Source: a virus
Lineage: Duplodnaviria > Caudoviricetes
Strand: one strand, 5' to 3'
Virus record (IMG/VR): IMGVR_UViG_3300037067_006130
Coordinates: 22,413 to 86,412 of that record
DNA length: 64,000 nt
Positions 9,001 to 17,997 of the stretch are shown here, piece after piece. The position numbers and the translations under genes were made by a program. Each line of letters opens with the position of its first letter. Position 1 is the stretch's first letter. The notes beneath the pieces were generated by a model, which saw only the letters and a list, made by a program, of their open reading frames with translations, searched no databases and had not been told where the DNA came from.

Positions 9001-11972
9001 CAAGTGCTTTTGAAAAGAAAAGAATGCAGGAAAGTCTTGATGCGGTAGAGGAAGCAAAACAATTCCCATACCAACCAACAATGGGATATCAAGAGGTTTA
9101 TAAAAGAAGTAGGCATGTAGTTCCTGAAGGGATTGATATGAATACTCCAAAATCAATGCGGGAATATTCTAGATATCTCGAGATGATTAAGGAATTTAAA
9201 ACGCTTAACGATTTTTCTGATATCATAAACAAGGAACCAGAACGAATACTAAAGATTTTCAGAGAGATTCAGTTTAATGATAAGAAGTACATAACACCTT
9301 TCAAAAAACTTATCATTGAATTAATGCATGCCAAGATGCTTGCTGAACGTATTCGTTTTGAGAATAGAGAAGGTCAACGTGCTTTCCCTTTGATAACAGG
9401 AATGCTTGGTGATTGGATGGTTAATCCCGGTGATAAAATTCTTGAACGCTTATTCGGGCAAATCATTACTAATCCTTCATGGAGAATGATTCATACCATT
9501 CCTAACTACTTCGTAGCAGAAAACGTTGCGATGGACCACATGACTCATGCTCTATACAAAGAAAACTATGAAATGTCAATGGTTAGTGATGAGTTGGCTA
9601 AATGGAATTCAAAGATTAAGGCAGATCCAATGTTTAGAATGTCAGATATCATTACAATTCGTAATGGTTCTTGGTATCTTAAACATCCATCAACCATAAG
9701 TGGAAGCGGATTAGATTCTGAATTTGCGAACTATATCTATGAGAAATGGGAGAAATACGAAGGGGTAAGCCATGATGTTACAAAACCTATTCGCATACCA
9801 TCTCAGTCAGCATCAGTTAGTGAGTTAAATGAACGATATGCAAGTTTAAATCTAGGACCATTACTTACCAGAAGAATTAGAAATGCATCACTACCTGATC
9901 CATGGGATAATGAATCAGTAACCTATAAAGGACAAACCAAACGCTTAATTGATTGGAAGAAATATTTTATAGCACAACTCGTTACAACCAAACAGTACGA
10001 CGAAATTTATGGTACTGGCGCTCGTCAGGTTCTATCTCTTGGTGGAAAATTAATGACGATTAATGATGGTGTTCTTAACCAGTTAAGGTACGAAGCGAGA
10101 AAAGAGTACAAAAAGTCAAGCGTAGAGATACTAAGATTAAACTTTGGTAAGGCAAGAGAAACAGCAATTCCTAGCGACAAGGTAATCCGAGATTTTGAGC
10201 AAGGTTTTAAAAAGTTAATTCATGCCTATGCACATGAAGAATCGAATGCAGTTGTAGACTACCTGGCAACTAAAATTCGCAAGATTGAGCAGGAAAAAAA
10301 TTCTTCCTATCAGGCAACTGCTGAATACATCAGCAATATGCTTCGCATTATTGGCCATGAGAAAAGGGATATCCCTAACGATTATTTTAAAGTATTCGAT
10401 TCGTATATACGATTTACGAACAGAATGTTTTCTCATGTTGTTCTTGGTGCGAATCCAATCGTTCAGTTAGGAAACTATGTTGCTGGTGATGCTACTACGC
10501 TAATCAGTATGCCTGAAATGCTTATGAAAGGATATAAGGAGGCGATTATCAATCCTAAAAATCTTAAAAAAGCATGGATTCTAATGACAGCCTATAAGGT
10601 TTTAAACCTAAGTCATAGTTTAAGACTTGAAGATGCTAGTCGTTTAAGACAATGGTTGGATAATAAAGAGTACTGGTTCTTAGATAAAACAGAAAAAGCC
10701 GTTGCTCTTAAAGTATTCCTTGCCCTATGCGGAAAACAACTTGATGCATACGACAACAATGCTAAACTTATTAAAGGTCGTGAAAAAGATGAGATAAGCC
10801 TTGAACAGATTAAGTATATCGTTGACATCATGGCTTTCACACAAGGCCCATATAGTACATCATCAAAACCACCTGCAGCGTATTCAACAGGTGGAAATCT
10901 TGCATTACTATTTAAAGTTTGGATGCTTACTCGTAAGCACGACATGTTTGCTCGACCATATACCGATAAACGAGGTATGGAAAGAGCAGGATTTATCTCG
11001 AGAGAAACAATCGGACTATTGGCCATTGCAAACTTTAACAAAAAGTCTTTTGAGGAAAGGAAACGACTAACCGAAGAGGCCGATCAGAAACAGTTTAAAG
11101 GCTATTTTAGCTACGAAACGTGGTTAGAGCATAAGATGAGGCAGAGTAAATATGAAAAAGGTTCTAATGGGGATTATAAGATTCCTTATGATAGGAAAAC
11201 GCTTGAGAATATTACCAAAGCATCATTAGCGATTGCCTATACCGCACTTGTGTACTATCTAATTCATAAAAAAGAGGATGATGATCCTTACGGAGAAAAG
11301 GCTTCAGCAGATTACTGGTTTAGAACGATAATTCTAGGCCCAGTGGCAACGTTTACTTTCTTAGATCCTGATAAGATCATGAACCCATCAAAGCTAAAAG
11401 CATCTGATTTTTTTCCTCAGATTAGAGTTTGGGAATCAATGATGAGAGGTGCGTCTGATTTTGGTGGACTTGTATATGAGTTCTTTAAACGTCGTTCAGA
11501 TAAAAATTATCGTAATCCGAATTTATACTACGGAAAAGATAGTAAATCTAAGATGGGTACCGAAGGAGAATCTAGAATTCCTGAAGATTTCTTTAATCTG
11601 ATTGAAATGGGTGGTGTTATGAAGCAAATAGCGATTGCCTACCATCAATATGAATTAGACGATAAATTTCCGTTCTATAAAAAGAAACAAACGGTGCTCG
11701 ATAAGGAGGGTGCCAAGAAATTTAATACTTCAATCGATCTGATTAAGGAGCAACAACGACTAAAAATGACTCCTGAAATGCTCGAAAGATATGAGAAAAT
11801 GCGGATAAAGAGAGATTCTGTAATTAATGCAAGAAAAACTCAGCTATTTGATGCTAAGTTTAAAGAAAATCCGACTAAATTTGAAGAAATTAAGAAAGAG
11901 GTCGATGATAAGGGTAAACTTTCGGTAAGAAAAACCCAGGCACGTATTAACGCACTACAAAAAAAGAAATAG
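3..11972 (+). CDS. Giant virion-associated RNA polymerase / polyvalent protein (5'-truncated, >=3989 aa)
   Basis: The frame of ORF 207..11972 is open back to the window edge (codons from nt 3, no stop). Motifs: AGKDFDADG (DxDxD, 2796-2810), Walker A ASIGTGKS (5268-5291), HELAH (6021-6035), SLOG-like IISGGQLGVD (~6288-6776), HEYGH (7044-7058), PD..DFK nuclease (7875-7928). Lies upstream of tail genes, as do crAss-like virion RNAPs. Confidence 0.8.
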   Translation, partial: DFDDYLLSSLYENNVNWDTFLSYLNFYSTVDLHRFESIKIFINGKDANKYERTFLNPEFDLDSLIKPFMSKINNFRIDHKDGTHSEGEKALSTRIGQYINEHNKFVREYDHENPNKAKIFEHDLQFLEDVTGISKEIWRDHYFYDNDKKENETLMRVVDEKGNEKYVKTVFNSFKDIIDFNHYKANESIEDLTSLGIKKIDLPKGSTFVDSKPYYAPDKTSLSSKMMGSFAGKYNTQVGKEKKSNKEFMFDFMTKGVKGVFANIVKLSTSKKGGLGLMVRDLDGKQFAAYVQDFPALKTLKKAFDVQEHPFMQKLKKLGVQPTIMYQQGIKGYDFEKGNKKENSIENQHISPEDFWVSQMIQFFDGDKTYYANAGQFSDRKMLLHVNAPKLSRTKSPVASEKWLTENLPDYEDVVQAYISDYGERIKTTFNIDHAGLENFVKDFVYNFARNTKDLMEIIHGNLKQYDGGFIQILKRGATRTSTGLGTIPTSGIPREFKVMVAEDLKELGFNDSEFAVMDGLAIGSSKFMANYGKNLGSIYNRVLELGDFKTSKSLVDFLDDKGMRTICKANFVDISVFVDTFGGAKWKALADFMDKNGIDVFTTDKAVKLNGSKLLDNPHSSSKGSLALFKKDGTLNDIPTEHIEKFKQTWSLDNVISQQELRKKVGAEGKGKVPIQLKTNLIALPSFSGYLEHVNKQIDITLAELEKKFNGMTKPEEIKSFVIELFTKEFANVTIDPDTGEENILDSEGSKLDPKNLEGNALLVYRRLSSGASINEPFIRESIVRKVLSYIEREGLTLDGNRQGTYLIPDVFGHLKDYRPSKDSRYTLLPQVAANLPGGRYPKFFVTEKEAISHIEKNSKQHSDLYNDKGKLNDWEVEEVDGKFMVPGEMVFVNFVPGTNYHSHPLGRLTLRSVGNSSSVSATLASRAGKDFDADGAYLLFLFKDKQGNIILDESKKGRSNQSILAIKKDFNDSNNLQMLMNPIDTEKYDVPVLKVIDKLYPPDKSRTFDKKLYWHPWALQEARIISLDGVNLKAIATNHATTYSYLNAIKPDIKKFTAKNGKQYTTSFPIPRYDDKGKQQGSIKLDGIPEDVFNVYKEHHGNITNLCFDNMTDPKIGRMGYNVWTSNLFEFALINDSSLSSKNYKTAQLLDKAVTQRIKELSIFFNRPVFKMFAVECDRFNKSNEFYSTSEVQKLAFTEVERMFNSKEPADVVALDKLMKYSSDLNVIKGVQKLTEQTPKSYEEYAASLDSIKRLMTNGLYFYDTRAFLNDTQRELTPLLENAIKSLMAAENLAFKKSIETSKIAQFVVHEIKNKIALEKGSERGVWLGTETVKKIMNNLQAFISLNALVKDVEPGTIADKLINDFPMYKTKFMNNKFMDFVQVEDRADITDIKNIKLREEKTIQVPTIFRTINLTPEQLKEIHDDFDALPAELKDALYTYMIYEHGIKNAITTGTYYQFMSDKFLNEKAKVIESEMQRWEQNDFGELTAGQISQVLVDNIKEFLKGNRGKVRFKYETKHKYDVQDLKNNFSEFVGSFSLADHQKYANIKTEAQFIKFIEAKGVTYEDFKTALIYHITENGIKVNPKTMISDYFSNPENFVKVEKMDHKMASADNITGKDTTTLVESEKGNRTASTRSFPLGSFKNENLAYAEKDIPGRLIRLEGGKELYVVEKVEQLTKDVLADPTFPERWSKKELWTPEYFKKVLGGPTVHEGSWQTTWRKIDRSELKMAHAGGNKVANELPIDYHGSIVFASIGTGKSVFVSQKQGVLDADDLLREILDDHGIEYDVNNFGLKGYENIDTIWDDLRQLLTDKLNEGHTIFGSNFFLLHEDLGKDLVKYALLEKDTNLLHDRTTQRAKAEGRNEIQIDYLNRRVRQEVDAFKDLGKNRKELGGKFVSDHFNPETQSKLGNISEKVVFGKLEVINTNQGRTNELSLKDLSERILTMNPEIEKLVNKLILSYPNSKVILYLDKIDPLGSAALGTDNNIEMYKDSVGEGFEQRLYHELAHLETKDKINKDKQLRSELEKLLALSRKETTTPGLYGYSNVHDFAAEYISNPEFKKELSGAIVNKLDKLFKDKEIKNQYTNQTTTGIIKIISGGQLGVDMAGLDAAKEIGIETGGTAAAGYKQSVSKEKNINNKNLKITYGLKEGKTTRRQGKFGEYNDVYHQRTIDNAQEADGTIWFGKEDSPGGKLTLGREAQRGKPEPLVNPNNVKEIKDWVINNNIKILNVAGNREWTNPGIYNKARRILVDALKSNGDIIKNQLPKTAHEALLTNDPELAEFMIDHLVKSFPEIEMFKSRDNFIKFCETNAKRGLVFDTRAIGHAFANAVYIDPKKAFQSTPVHEYGHIYYDSLPDSNTSKKILRQLFTENGLSLSEIDENIVFEIGRAGVKLAINQLELSKKNKLEKELPKFWESVKKVWSKPKFKTKDDFINDIVEQMWNREPNENDRFNQQVVRNMIVEQDPNGDPTFEERTEPDGHNSLWEKGGKRLITPSGLKSILTSGNRFNEEDYIKIKLRQTQLGDRKSVTLAETKRLEAQVKFITESGNDVHSLCAAYFEEDPFISKALIAEILKKKVVDANEVLKGLVNLRKFIETKWGKNVKYYAEHTFANVKNRLAARPDLIIEVAPNELVYMDFKSSDASFFNKDGSYNGKVTETHGLFGKPLEFVPNTIENQRKVQFSLTKYILENQNNGSKEKNKIVGMYVVPISTSLNITQNEDGDWNYTIENVDMKKPIPITPMTDPAMRGIQKFIDRTKDLGKNYLKLKKEFGNTHNDYDLHNTGQLMDMMENITNTTLDKTSMFDVMNINKTGIANIEDTLLSISEDEGGKSYLPSDIHGDKSLPFEEILAASNPENPLNRKKLEASISDNVVESIKRKIAPLEHENWVENSTGHFYDPISKKGFEAIGYKDLVSEITSPAKVSEGDSIGIPIQYTDSSGNKRLITEIATIKSIHHDSKSPSKSYVIAESENGEFIRLDSLDPHDGILREVKKWITTSAFEKKRMQESLDAVEEAKQFPYQPTMGYQEVYKRSRHVVPEGIDMNTPKSMREYSRYLEMIKEFKTLNDFSDIINKEPERILKIFREIQFNDKKYITPFKKLIIELMHAKMLAERIRFENREGQRAFPLITGMLGDWMVNPGDKILERLFGQIITNPSWRMIHTIPNYFVAENVAMDHMTHALYKENYEMSMVSDELAKWNSKIKADPMFRMSDIITIRNGSWYLKHPSTISGSGLDSEFANYIYEKWEKYEGVSHDVTKPIRIPSQSASVSELNERYASLNLGPLLTRRIRNASLPDPWDNESVTYKGQTKRLIDWKKYFIAQLVTTKQYDEIYGTGARQVLSLGGKLMTINDGVLNQLRYEARKEYKKSSVEILRLNFGKARETAIPSDKVIRDFEQGFKKLIHAYAHEESNAVVDYLATKIRKIEQEKNSSYQATAEYISNMLRIIGHEKRDIPNDYFKVFDSYIRFTNRMFSHVVLGANPIVQLGNYVAGDATTLISMPEMLMKGYKEAIINPKNLKKAWILMTAYKVLNLSHSLRLEDASRLRQWLDNKEYWFLDKTEKAVALKVFLALCGKQLDAYDNNAKLIKGREKDEISLEQIKYIVDIMAFTQGPYSTSSKPPAAYSTGGNLALLFKVWMLTRKHDMFARPYTDKRGMERAGFISRETIGLLAIANFNKKSFEERKRLTEEADQKQFKGYFSYETWLEHKMRQSKYEKGSNGDYKIPYDRKTLENITKASLAIAYTALVYYLIHKKEDDDPYGEKASADYWFRTIILGPVATFTFLDPDKIMNPSKLKASDFFPQIRVWESMMRGASDFGGLVYEFFKRRSDKNYRNPNLYYGKDSKSKMGTEGESRIPEDFFNLIEMGGVMKQIAIAYHQYELDDKFPFYKKKQTVLDKEGAKKFNTSIDLIKEQQRLKMTPEMLERYEKMRIKRDSVINARKTQLFDAKFKENPTKFEEIKKEVDDKGKLSVRKTQARINALQKKK

Positions 11973-11973
11973 T

Positions 11974-12531
11974 ATGGCAGCACCAGCAGGAACTTCAGTA
12001 AGAATAGAGACCGATATCTTTAATGATGCGTCTAAACTTATCATCATTGACAAGTCGGTATGGATGTCCGAAGCGAGTACAGTTAAGGATGTTCAGTTAA
12101 CCATTGTGTCGAATACATCTATGAATGGTTACTATCATGACATTGTTCTTAACAGTGGCAGTAAGGTAGAATTGACCGCCTTTATTTCACAAGGATTACA
12201 ACTAGCTCCTTCTACATTCTTTAAAGATGGTGTTCAGTGTGATTTAGACGCATTCCCTGATGGTCGCTACGAGATAACATTGTCGGTAAAATATTCTAAC
12301 GATTGGGTTTCAACCTATACCGACAACCAAGGATTTATACCATTCGTGGAGAATGCGATTCAACGCGTCCAGATCGATATGAAAGGAAGTGCATTGGAAC
12401 GATTCGTAAATATTCACATATACGCTTATGGTGCTAAAGCAGCAGGTTCAGTCGGTAAGATCGAACAATTTGATACCTTAGTTGACTTAATCAATGCGAA
12501 GCTGAATAATTACCTAATCTCCTATCCATGA
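11974..12531 (+). CDS. Hypothetical virion/tail protein (185 aa)
   Basis: Tightly coupled ORF in the structural block; beta-rich; no recognised motif. Confidence 0.6.
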   Translation: MAAPAGTSVRIETDIFNDASKLIIIDKSVWMSEASTVKDVQLTIVSNTSMNGYYHDIVLNSGSKVELTAFISQGLQLAPSTFFKDGVQCDLDAFPDGRYEITLSVKYSNDWVSTYTDNQGFIPFVENAIQRVQIDMKGSALERFVNIHIYAYGAKAAGSVGKIEQFDTLVDLINAKLNNYLISYP

Positions 12532-12827
12532 CAACTGCTGATTTATACAATGCCATACTAAATGCTCGGTGGTATATCGCTGAGCATGCTACCATTCTCA
12601 GTCAGTACGAAGAGAATGATGATCCAAACCTTAAAAAACAGCAAGAACGTATAATGAATGTTATTCTTAACACAAAACTGTTAGAGAATCATTATACCCA
12701 AATTCTTCAGAAATCAGGTGGAGATGTAAATGCTTTAATTGATAGCGTTACGTATTTGAGCGTCGAAGAGATAGTCCTACTGGTATCACGTAACCAAGAA
12801 CTATGCGATTTGCCAATCAAAAACTAA
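12528..12827 (+). CDS. Hypothetical protein (99 aa)
   Basis: ATGA overlap with the previous ORF. Confidence 0.6.
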   Translation: MTTADLYNAILNARWYIAEHATILSQYEENDDPNLKKQQERIMNVILNTKLLENHYTQILQKSGGDVNALIDSVTYLSVEEIVLLVSRNQELCDLPIKN

Positions 12828-12831
12828 TGCT

Positions 12832-13641
12832 ATGAGTAAAAAAGTTCCTATTCTTAACCCCGATATGAATCTTGGGCAGGATTTTAGCGGGAACGTTGCT
12901 ATAAGTCCTGATGAAGAGTTCGTTAATAAAAAGATTCCTAGTCAAACCCAGCCAATCTTTAATCCAGAAGTAGGTAGTGGGCAACAACAGATTGTTGTTG
13001 GGCCTCCTGGCCCTTCGGGTGCCGACGGTGCAGACGGACAAGACGGAGCTGATGGAGCTGACGGTGCAACCGGCCCTGTCGGACCTGATGGTAGACCAAT
13101 CGAACTTCAAAAATCAGCAACTCATATTCAGTGGAGATATGTCGGTGATGTATCATGGACTGATCTAGTCGCGCTAGAGGATATTACAGGCCCTTCGGGT
13201 GAAACTGGTCCGACTGGTCAGACAGGAGCCACAGGAGCCACAGGAGCTACTGGTGCTACAGGGGAAACAGGTGCAACAGGAGCCGATGGGCAAACTGGCC
13301 CTGCAGGTGCGGATTCATCTTCGCTATACTGTTATAAAATTGTAGTTCCAACTGGTGCAAGCGTTACTGCGAGATGTGCCGCAATGATTCCGGGAACAGA
13401 ATACCCTGATGATTGGTTGTTAGAAGTAAGTACGAATACTAATGACCTTAAGATTACCCATTCGCTTGCAGGAAAGCAACTCGCAATGGTTAGCGTATTT
13501 GAGGTAACAAGTGGTGTATCTATGCTTCTAATTGGTACCGCAGCCTATACTGGTGTAAAGAATCTATCCGATTACGTTGTGGAGATTAATGGGTTCTGTA
13601 CGGTTCAGAAACAACTTATTTTAAATCTCATTTTTATTTAA
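12832..13641 (+). CDS. Collagen-like (Gly-X-Y) tail/collar protein
   Basis: Two G-X-Y tracts ([16 protein letters not shown]...; [16 protein letters not shown]...) separated by the [23 protein letters not shown] spacer common in phage collagen proteins. Confidence 0.8.
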   Translation: MSKKVPILNPDMNLGQDFSGNVAISPDEEFVNKKIPSQTQPIFNPEVGSGQQQIVVGPPGPSGADGADGQDGADGADGATGPVGPDGRPIELQKSATHIQWRYVGDVSWTDLVALEDITGPSGETGPTGQTGATGATGATGATGETGATGADGQTGPAGADSSSLYCYKIVVPTGASVTARCAAMIPGTEYPDDWLLEVSTNTNDLKITHSLAGKQLAMVSVFEVTSGVSMLLIGTAAYTGVKNLSDYVVEINGFCTVQKQLILNLIFI

Positions 13642-13651
13642 AATATTTTTT

Positions 13652-16600
13652 ATGGAATATACCTCTGAAGTTGCTTGGAGTTCGGTCATTCGGAACGTAG
13701 TCATGATAGATTCGATTACCTATCAGATCGATCTATCCCATGACGATCCCAATGAACCAGGAGCAACACAAGAACTTTGTCAGGTGGGGTATTACCTTAG
13801 AGATTTTATCGGTCATACTTATTTTGTTACTCAGATTAATGGTACGAATCCACTTCAGATTGAGGTTGAGGATTTCCTAGAATGTGGTATTGGGCCACAA
13901 CTTGATCAGACTGGGTACGTTTACGCTACCGTAGATGATAATGATGCATACCTTATCGCACCGATAAAGTATGGTCGACTAGATCCTACTGCTCGAGATT
14001 ATGCTCTCGCTTACGAGATGGAAGTGCTTTGGAAACATCGTGGAGTTTCACTATGGGATAAGAATGCATCTCCTTCTGCAAAGTATGTCGATAATATTAC
14101 ACGGTTAAAGTTTTCAGATGAATTTTCGATAAGTATAAACAATACTGATACCGGATGGAAGGGTGGAAATGTTTACGATGTTAGCATTAAACCGTGGAGA
14201 CTTTATCAACCAGATGGAACGAACCCATTCGTGTATACCGATAATAACGGTAAACTTCATATAGAAGGGGATATTATCAATACAGGTGAACCATGGATTA
14301 CCCATGCAGAGCATGTTTATACAACCGATAATGAGATTGTACTTCGTGATGGTGCCGTAGCTGCTTTAGGAACGAATGAGTATGTGGGATTTCGTGCAAA
14401 ACTTTACGATGGTGTAAACGATGGACACCTAGTTTTTGATAAAGATGGTATTGCTCGAGTAGGTGATGTGGGAAGTACTCAGCCATTAACAACAAGGATT
14501 GAAGCACCTACCAATAACTATTTTGCTTATTGGGAAAACGCAAATACAAGATTAAATTTTAAGGCAATATCAAAATCAGATTTGCCTAATACAATCGTAT
14601 ATACTGATCAGGTCAATGCGTATGGGGATTATGCCCAAACGTTCAAGGATAATATTATTCGAATAAATAATCCTGCTGATACTTTTTATTACACCTTAAC
14701 TGCAGGTGCTATCGGGGATAATAGAATCCTAAATATTCCGGTTATCACCGCAAATGATACCTTGGCTGTTCTTGGACTAGCACAAACTTTTACAGGTACA
14801 AAAACGTTCTACTCAAGTAGATTTAAGATTAATAATCCAGGTAATACTTTTGCCTATACTTTTATCGGTGCAGCATTAGCAGCAAGTTATAATATTACAC
14901 TACCATTGCTAACCAGTAACGATACACTCGTTACAGAGGCATTTGCAGCCACGATAACGAATAAAACGCTTAATGCGACTAATAATACCATTACGGATAG
15001 TTCTACCGAATTAGGTGATCTATTCAAGAGTAATGGAACTAAGTTTGTAAGGTTTGCGAAGGGAACATCACTTCAGGTTTTAAGGGTTAACGTAGGAGGT
15101 ACTGATCTTGAATGGGGAACTATCGGAGAAAGTATGACCTATCCTTCAGGAACAGGATTTACTATTGTTACATCAGGAACTTCTTGGGGAACAACAATAC
15201 CCGCCAATCAGGTAGCCTATTTTGGTTCAGCCATAACCGGAACACCATCATCGTCAACCTATCTTAGAGGCGATGGTACGTGGTCAACTCCAAGTGGAGG
15301 TGTTACTCCTGCAGCTTTGACAAAAACAGACGATACCAATATAACCTTAACACTTGGAGGAACGCCAGCAACGGCTCTTCTCCAAGCAACATCGTTAACT
15401 CTTGGTTGGACAGGAACCCTAGCCGATGGTAGAATTGCTAGTGCCGCTACTTGGAATGCTAAACAAGCAGGGCATACAAACCTAACCTCTTTAGCAGGTT
15501 TGTCATATGTTTCTACCTCTTTCGTAAAAATGACTGCAGCCGGAACGTTTGCATTGGACACGAATACCTATTCATTAAGTTCACATACACACTACACCGC
15601 CGCCGCACTAACTAAAACAAATGACACTAATGTTACCTTAACGTTAGGTGGTACACCCGCTACTGCTCTGCTTCAGGCAACCTCTTTAACGTTAGGATGG
15701 ACTGGCACGTTAGCGGATGGTAGAATTGCTTCAGCAACGACTTGGAACGCCAAGCAAACTGGTCATGCCAATCTTACTTCTCTTGCAGGATTGACCTACG
15801 CTTCTGCTTCGTTTGTAAAAATGACTGGTGCGAATACATTTACCCTTGACACGAACACATACCTCTCTAATACTCCATCGGCACTAACTAAAACAAATGA
15901 CACGAATGTTACGCTAACTCTAGGAGGAACACCAAATACTTCTTTACTACAAGCTGTTTCGTTGACATTGGGTTGGACAGGTACATTGGCTGATGGCAGA
16001 ATAGCCTCTGCAGCAACATGGAATGGTAAGCAAACAGGACACGCGAATTTAACATCACTTGCCGCTTTATCTTATGTTTCCGCATCATTCGTTAAGATGA
16101 CTGCTGCAGGTACGTTTACTCTTGATACCAATACTTATTTAACTAGTGCTGTTACATCAGTTGCCATGACTGTACCTACTGGTTTAACTGTTACTGGGTC
16201 TCCTATTACTACTTCTGGTACTTTAGCGTTAACATTTACATCTGGTTATTCAATACCTACAACTGCTAATCAAACTAATTGGAGTTCTGCCTACACATTT
16301 ACTAATGGATATACAACTAATTACCCAGATTTAGTTGCAATTGAAGCATTATCAGGTACTAGTGGATTACTTAAAAAGACTGCCGCTGATACGTGGGCTT
16401 TGGATACCAATACTTATTTAACGGCTATTACTAAAAGTATGGTTGAGGCTGTGCTAACCGGGGCAATTACTACCCATACCCATAGCTATCTGCCCTTAAC
16501 AGGTAAGGCTGCTGATAGTGAATTACTAGATGGGATTAGCTCGATTGGATTTGGTCGTGCTTATTCGGGTGGTTCTGCTTTTGGTACAGGGGTAGCTATG

Positions 16601-17983
16601 ACGACTGCCGAATTTATTACAATGTTAACCGATTTACACGCATTTAGCTACCCTTATTGGGTAGCTAGAGGAAGCTGGAATTATGCTGGGAATAACTATA
16701 TATCTGATAGTGGATTAGGAACTATTCATTTGGCAGGAGCGGTAGTAGAGGTAATGGGAAATACTGTATATCATACAATAAGAATTACAACACCTACTAC
16801 TTCTCCACTTGGAGTTACTAACGCTGAATTTATTTACGTAAATAACGGTAGTAGTTTTTCTCCCGGTTGGCGAAAAGCATGGAATACGGCTAATTTTAAT
16901 CCTTCTGATTATTCATTAACTACCCACACGCATAATTACCAGCCAGTAGATGCCGATTTAACGGCAATTGCTGCTTTATCGGGTACATCGGGGTTACTAA
17001 AGAAAACCGCTGCCGATACCTGGGCGTTGGATACGAGTGCCTACCTAACATCAATAACCAAGGCTCAGGTAGAGGCAGTGCTAACAGGTGCAATTACTAC
17101 CCATACGCATAACTATCTAACGGCTATTACCAAGGCACAGGTAGAGGCAGTGCTAACGGGTGCAATTACTTCGCATACACACGCTTATGAAGCATCTTTA
17201 GGTAATCCTTCCGCTACTAATTATGTTTTAACATCGACTACTGCTGGTGTTAGGAGTTGGACAAATGTTAGTACCCTTATTAGTTGGTATGCACTAACCG
17301 ATAGTGCTAGTCCTTTTAATACAGAACTCGGATATGTGGAAGCTATGGGTAATGGTACGTATAATACTATTATTGGATATCTTGCCAAAAGTAGTGGGGG
17401 TTCACATAATGTAATTATTGGCGACAGTACTGGTCATTATGGAGCAAGTTATAGTGTTATAATTGGAAGTAATAGCGGTCATGTAGATTGTACTGAATGT
17501 CTTCGAAATGTTATTATAGGTTATAATGCAACTACTGGGTGGGATACTAGAATTGATGGTACTCTCCAACCATTTAATGATAAACTTGTAATAGCTAATT
17601 CTAATACGATCAACCCACTTATTTATGGTGATTTTGTAACAGGGTTAACTACACTTGTTCGTCCAACAACAGACCTTACTATTAGTTACACAAATATATA
17701 TACTGGCTTTTCAGAAATTAACATACACGGCAGAAGAGAAGGAAAAACAAATACTATTTCTGGCTATTGTAATATGAATGAAAATGGTAGTACAACTGCT
17801 AGACTTGCAGGTACTATTACAAATTATATTAGTCCTGGTTATATTGTTTATTTTCCACTTAATATTAGACAATTATATGAAGGTGCAGTCGGATATATTA
17901 ATACAAATGGTACTATATACATATTATGGGGTAATTATTCAAGTGAACGTTATTATTTTACTGCAACATGGATAACATCATAA
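13652..17983 (+). CDS. Long tail fibre / receptor-binding protein (1443 aa)
   Basis: T/S/G/A-rich, internal tandem repeats, HTH (His-Thr-His) metal-binding fibre motifs, position in the tail module. Confidence 0.8.
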   Translation: MEYTSEVAWSSVIRNVVMIDSITYQIDLSHDDPNEPGATQELCQVGYYLRDFIGHTYFVTQINGTNPLQIEVEDFLECGIGPQLDQTGYVYATVDDNDAYLIAPIKYGRLDPTARDYALAYEMEVLWKHRGVSLWDKNASPSAKYVDNITRLKFSDEFSISINNTDTGWKGGNVYDVSIKPWRLYQPDGTNPFVYTDNNGKLHIEGDIINTGEPWITHAEHVYTTDNEIVLRDGAVAALGTNEYVGFRAKLYDGVNDGHLVFDKDGIARVGDVGSTQPLTTRIEAPTNNYFAYWENANTRLNFKAISKSDLPNTIVYTDQVNAYGDYAQTFKDNIIRINNPADTFYYTLTAGAIGDNRILNIPVITANDTLAVLGLAQTFTGTKTFYSSRFKINNPGNTFAYTFIGAALAASYNITLPLLTSNDTLVTEAFAATITNKTLNATNNTITDSSTELGDLFKSNGTKFVRFAKGTSLQVLRVNVGGTDLEWGTIGESMTYPSGTGFTIVTSGTSWGTTIPANQVAYFGSAITGTPSSSTYLRGDGTWSTPSGGVTPAALTKTDDTNITLTLGGTPATALLQATSLTLGWTGTLADGRIASAATWNAKQAGHTNLTSLAGLSYVSTSFVKMTAAGTFALDTNTYSLSSHTHYTAAALTKTNDTNVTLTLGGTPATALLQATSLTLGWTGTLADGRIASATTWNAKQTGHANLTSLAGLTYASASFVKMTGANTFTLDTNTYLSNTPSALTKTNDTNVTLTLGGTPNTSLLQAVSLTLGWTGTLADGRIASAATWNGKQTGHANLTSLAALSYVSASFVKMTAAGTFTLDTNTYLTSAVTSVAMTVPTGLTVTGSPITTSGTLALTFTSGYSIPTTANQTNWSSAYTFTNGYTTNYPDLVAIEALSGTSGLLKKTAADTWALDTNTYLTAITKSMVEAVLTGAITTHTHSYLPLTGKAADSELLDGISSIGFGRAYSGGSAFGTGVAMTTAEFITMLTDLHAFSYPYWVARGSWNYAGNNYISDSGLGTIHLAGAVVEVMGNTVYHTIRITTPTTSPLGVTNAEFIYVNNGSSFSPGWRKAWNTANFNPSDYSLTTHTHNYQPVDADLTAIAALSGTSGLLKKTAADTWALDTSAYLTSITKAQVEAVLTGAITTHTHNYLTAITKAQVEAVLTGAITSHTHAYEASLGNPSATNYVLTSTTAGVRSWTNVSTLISWYALTDSASPFNTELGYVEAMGNGTYNTIIGYLAKSSGGSHNVIIGDSTGHYGASYSVIIGSNSGHVDCTECLRNVIIGYNATTGWDTRIDGTLQPFNDKLVIANSNTINPLIYGDFVTGLTTLVRPTTDLTISYTNIYTGFSEINIHGRREGKTNTISGYCNMNENGSTTARLAGTITNYISPGYIVYFPLNIRQLYEGAVGYINTNGTIYILWGNYSSERYYFTATWITS
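15311..16140 (+). repeat. Three ~90-aa repeats in tail fibre (ALTKTNDTNVTLTLGGTP...GWTGTLADGRIASA..W..KQ.GH.NLTSLA.L.Y.S.SFVKMT..GTF.LDTNTY)
   Basis: Visible in translation; nucleotide copies differ at synonymous positions. Confidence 0.9.
16328..17190 (+). repeat. Second repeat family in tail fibre (DL.AI.ALSGTSGLLKKTAADTWALDT x2; ITK..VEAVLTGAIT.HTH x3)
   Basis: Visible in translation; near-identical DNA copies around 17059 and 17130. Confidence 0.85.
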
Positions 17984-17997
17984 AAATAAATATAAGT

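Noticed and set aside
80-11070. Antisense and alternate-frame ORFs within the giant gene (e.g. 80..406, 1619..1945, 10613..11041)
   Set aside because: Shadow ORFs of a long coding frame with no motifs or start context
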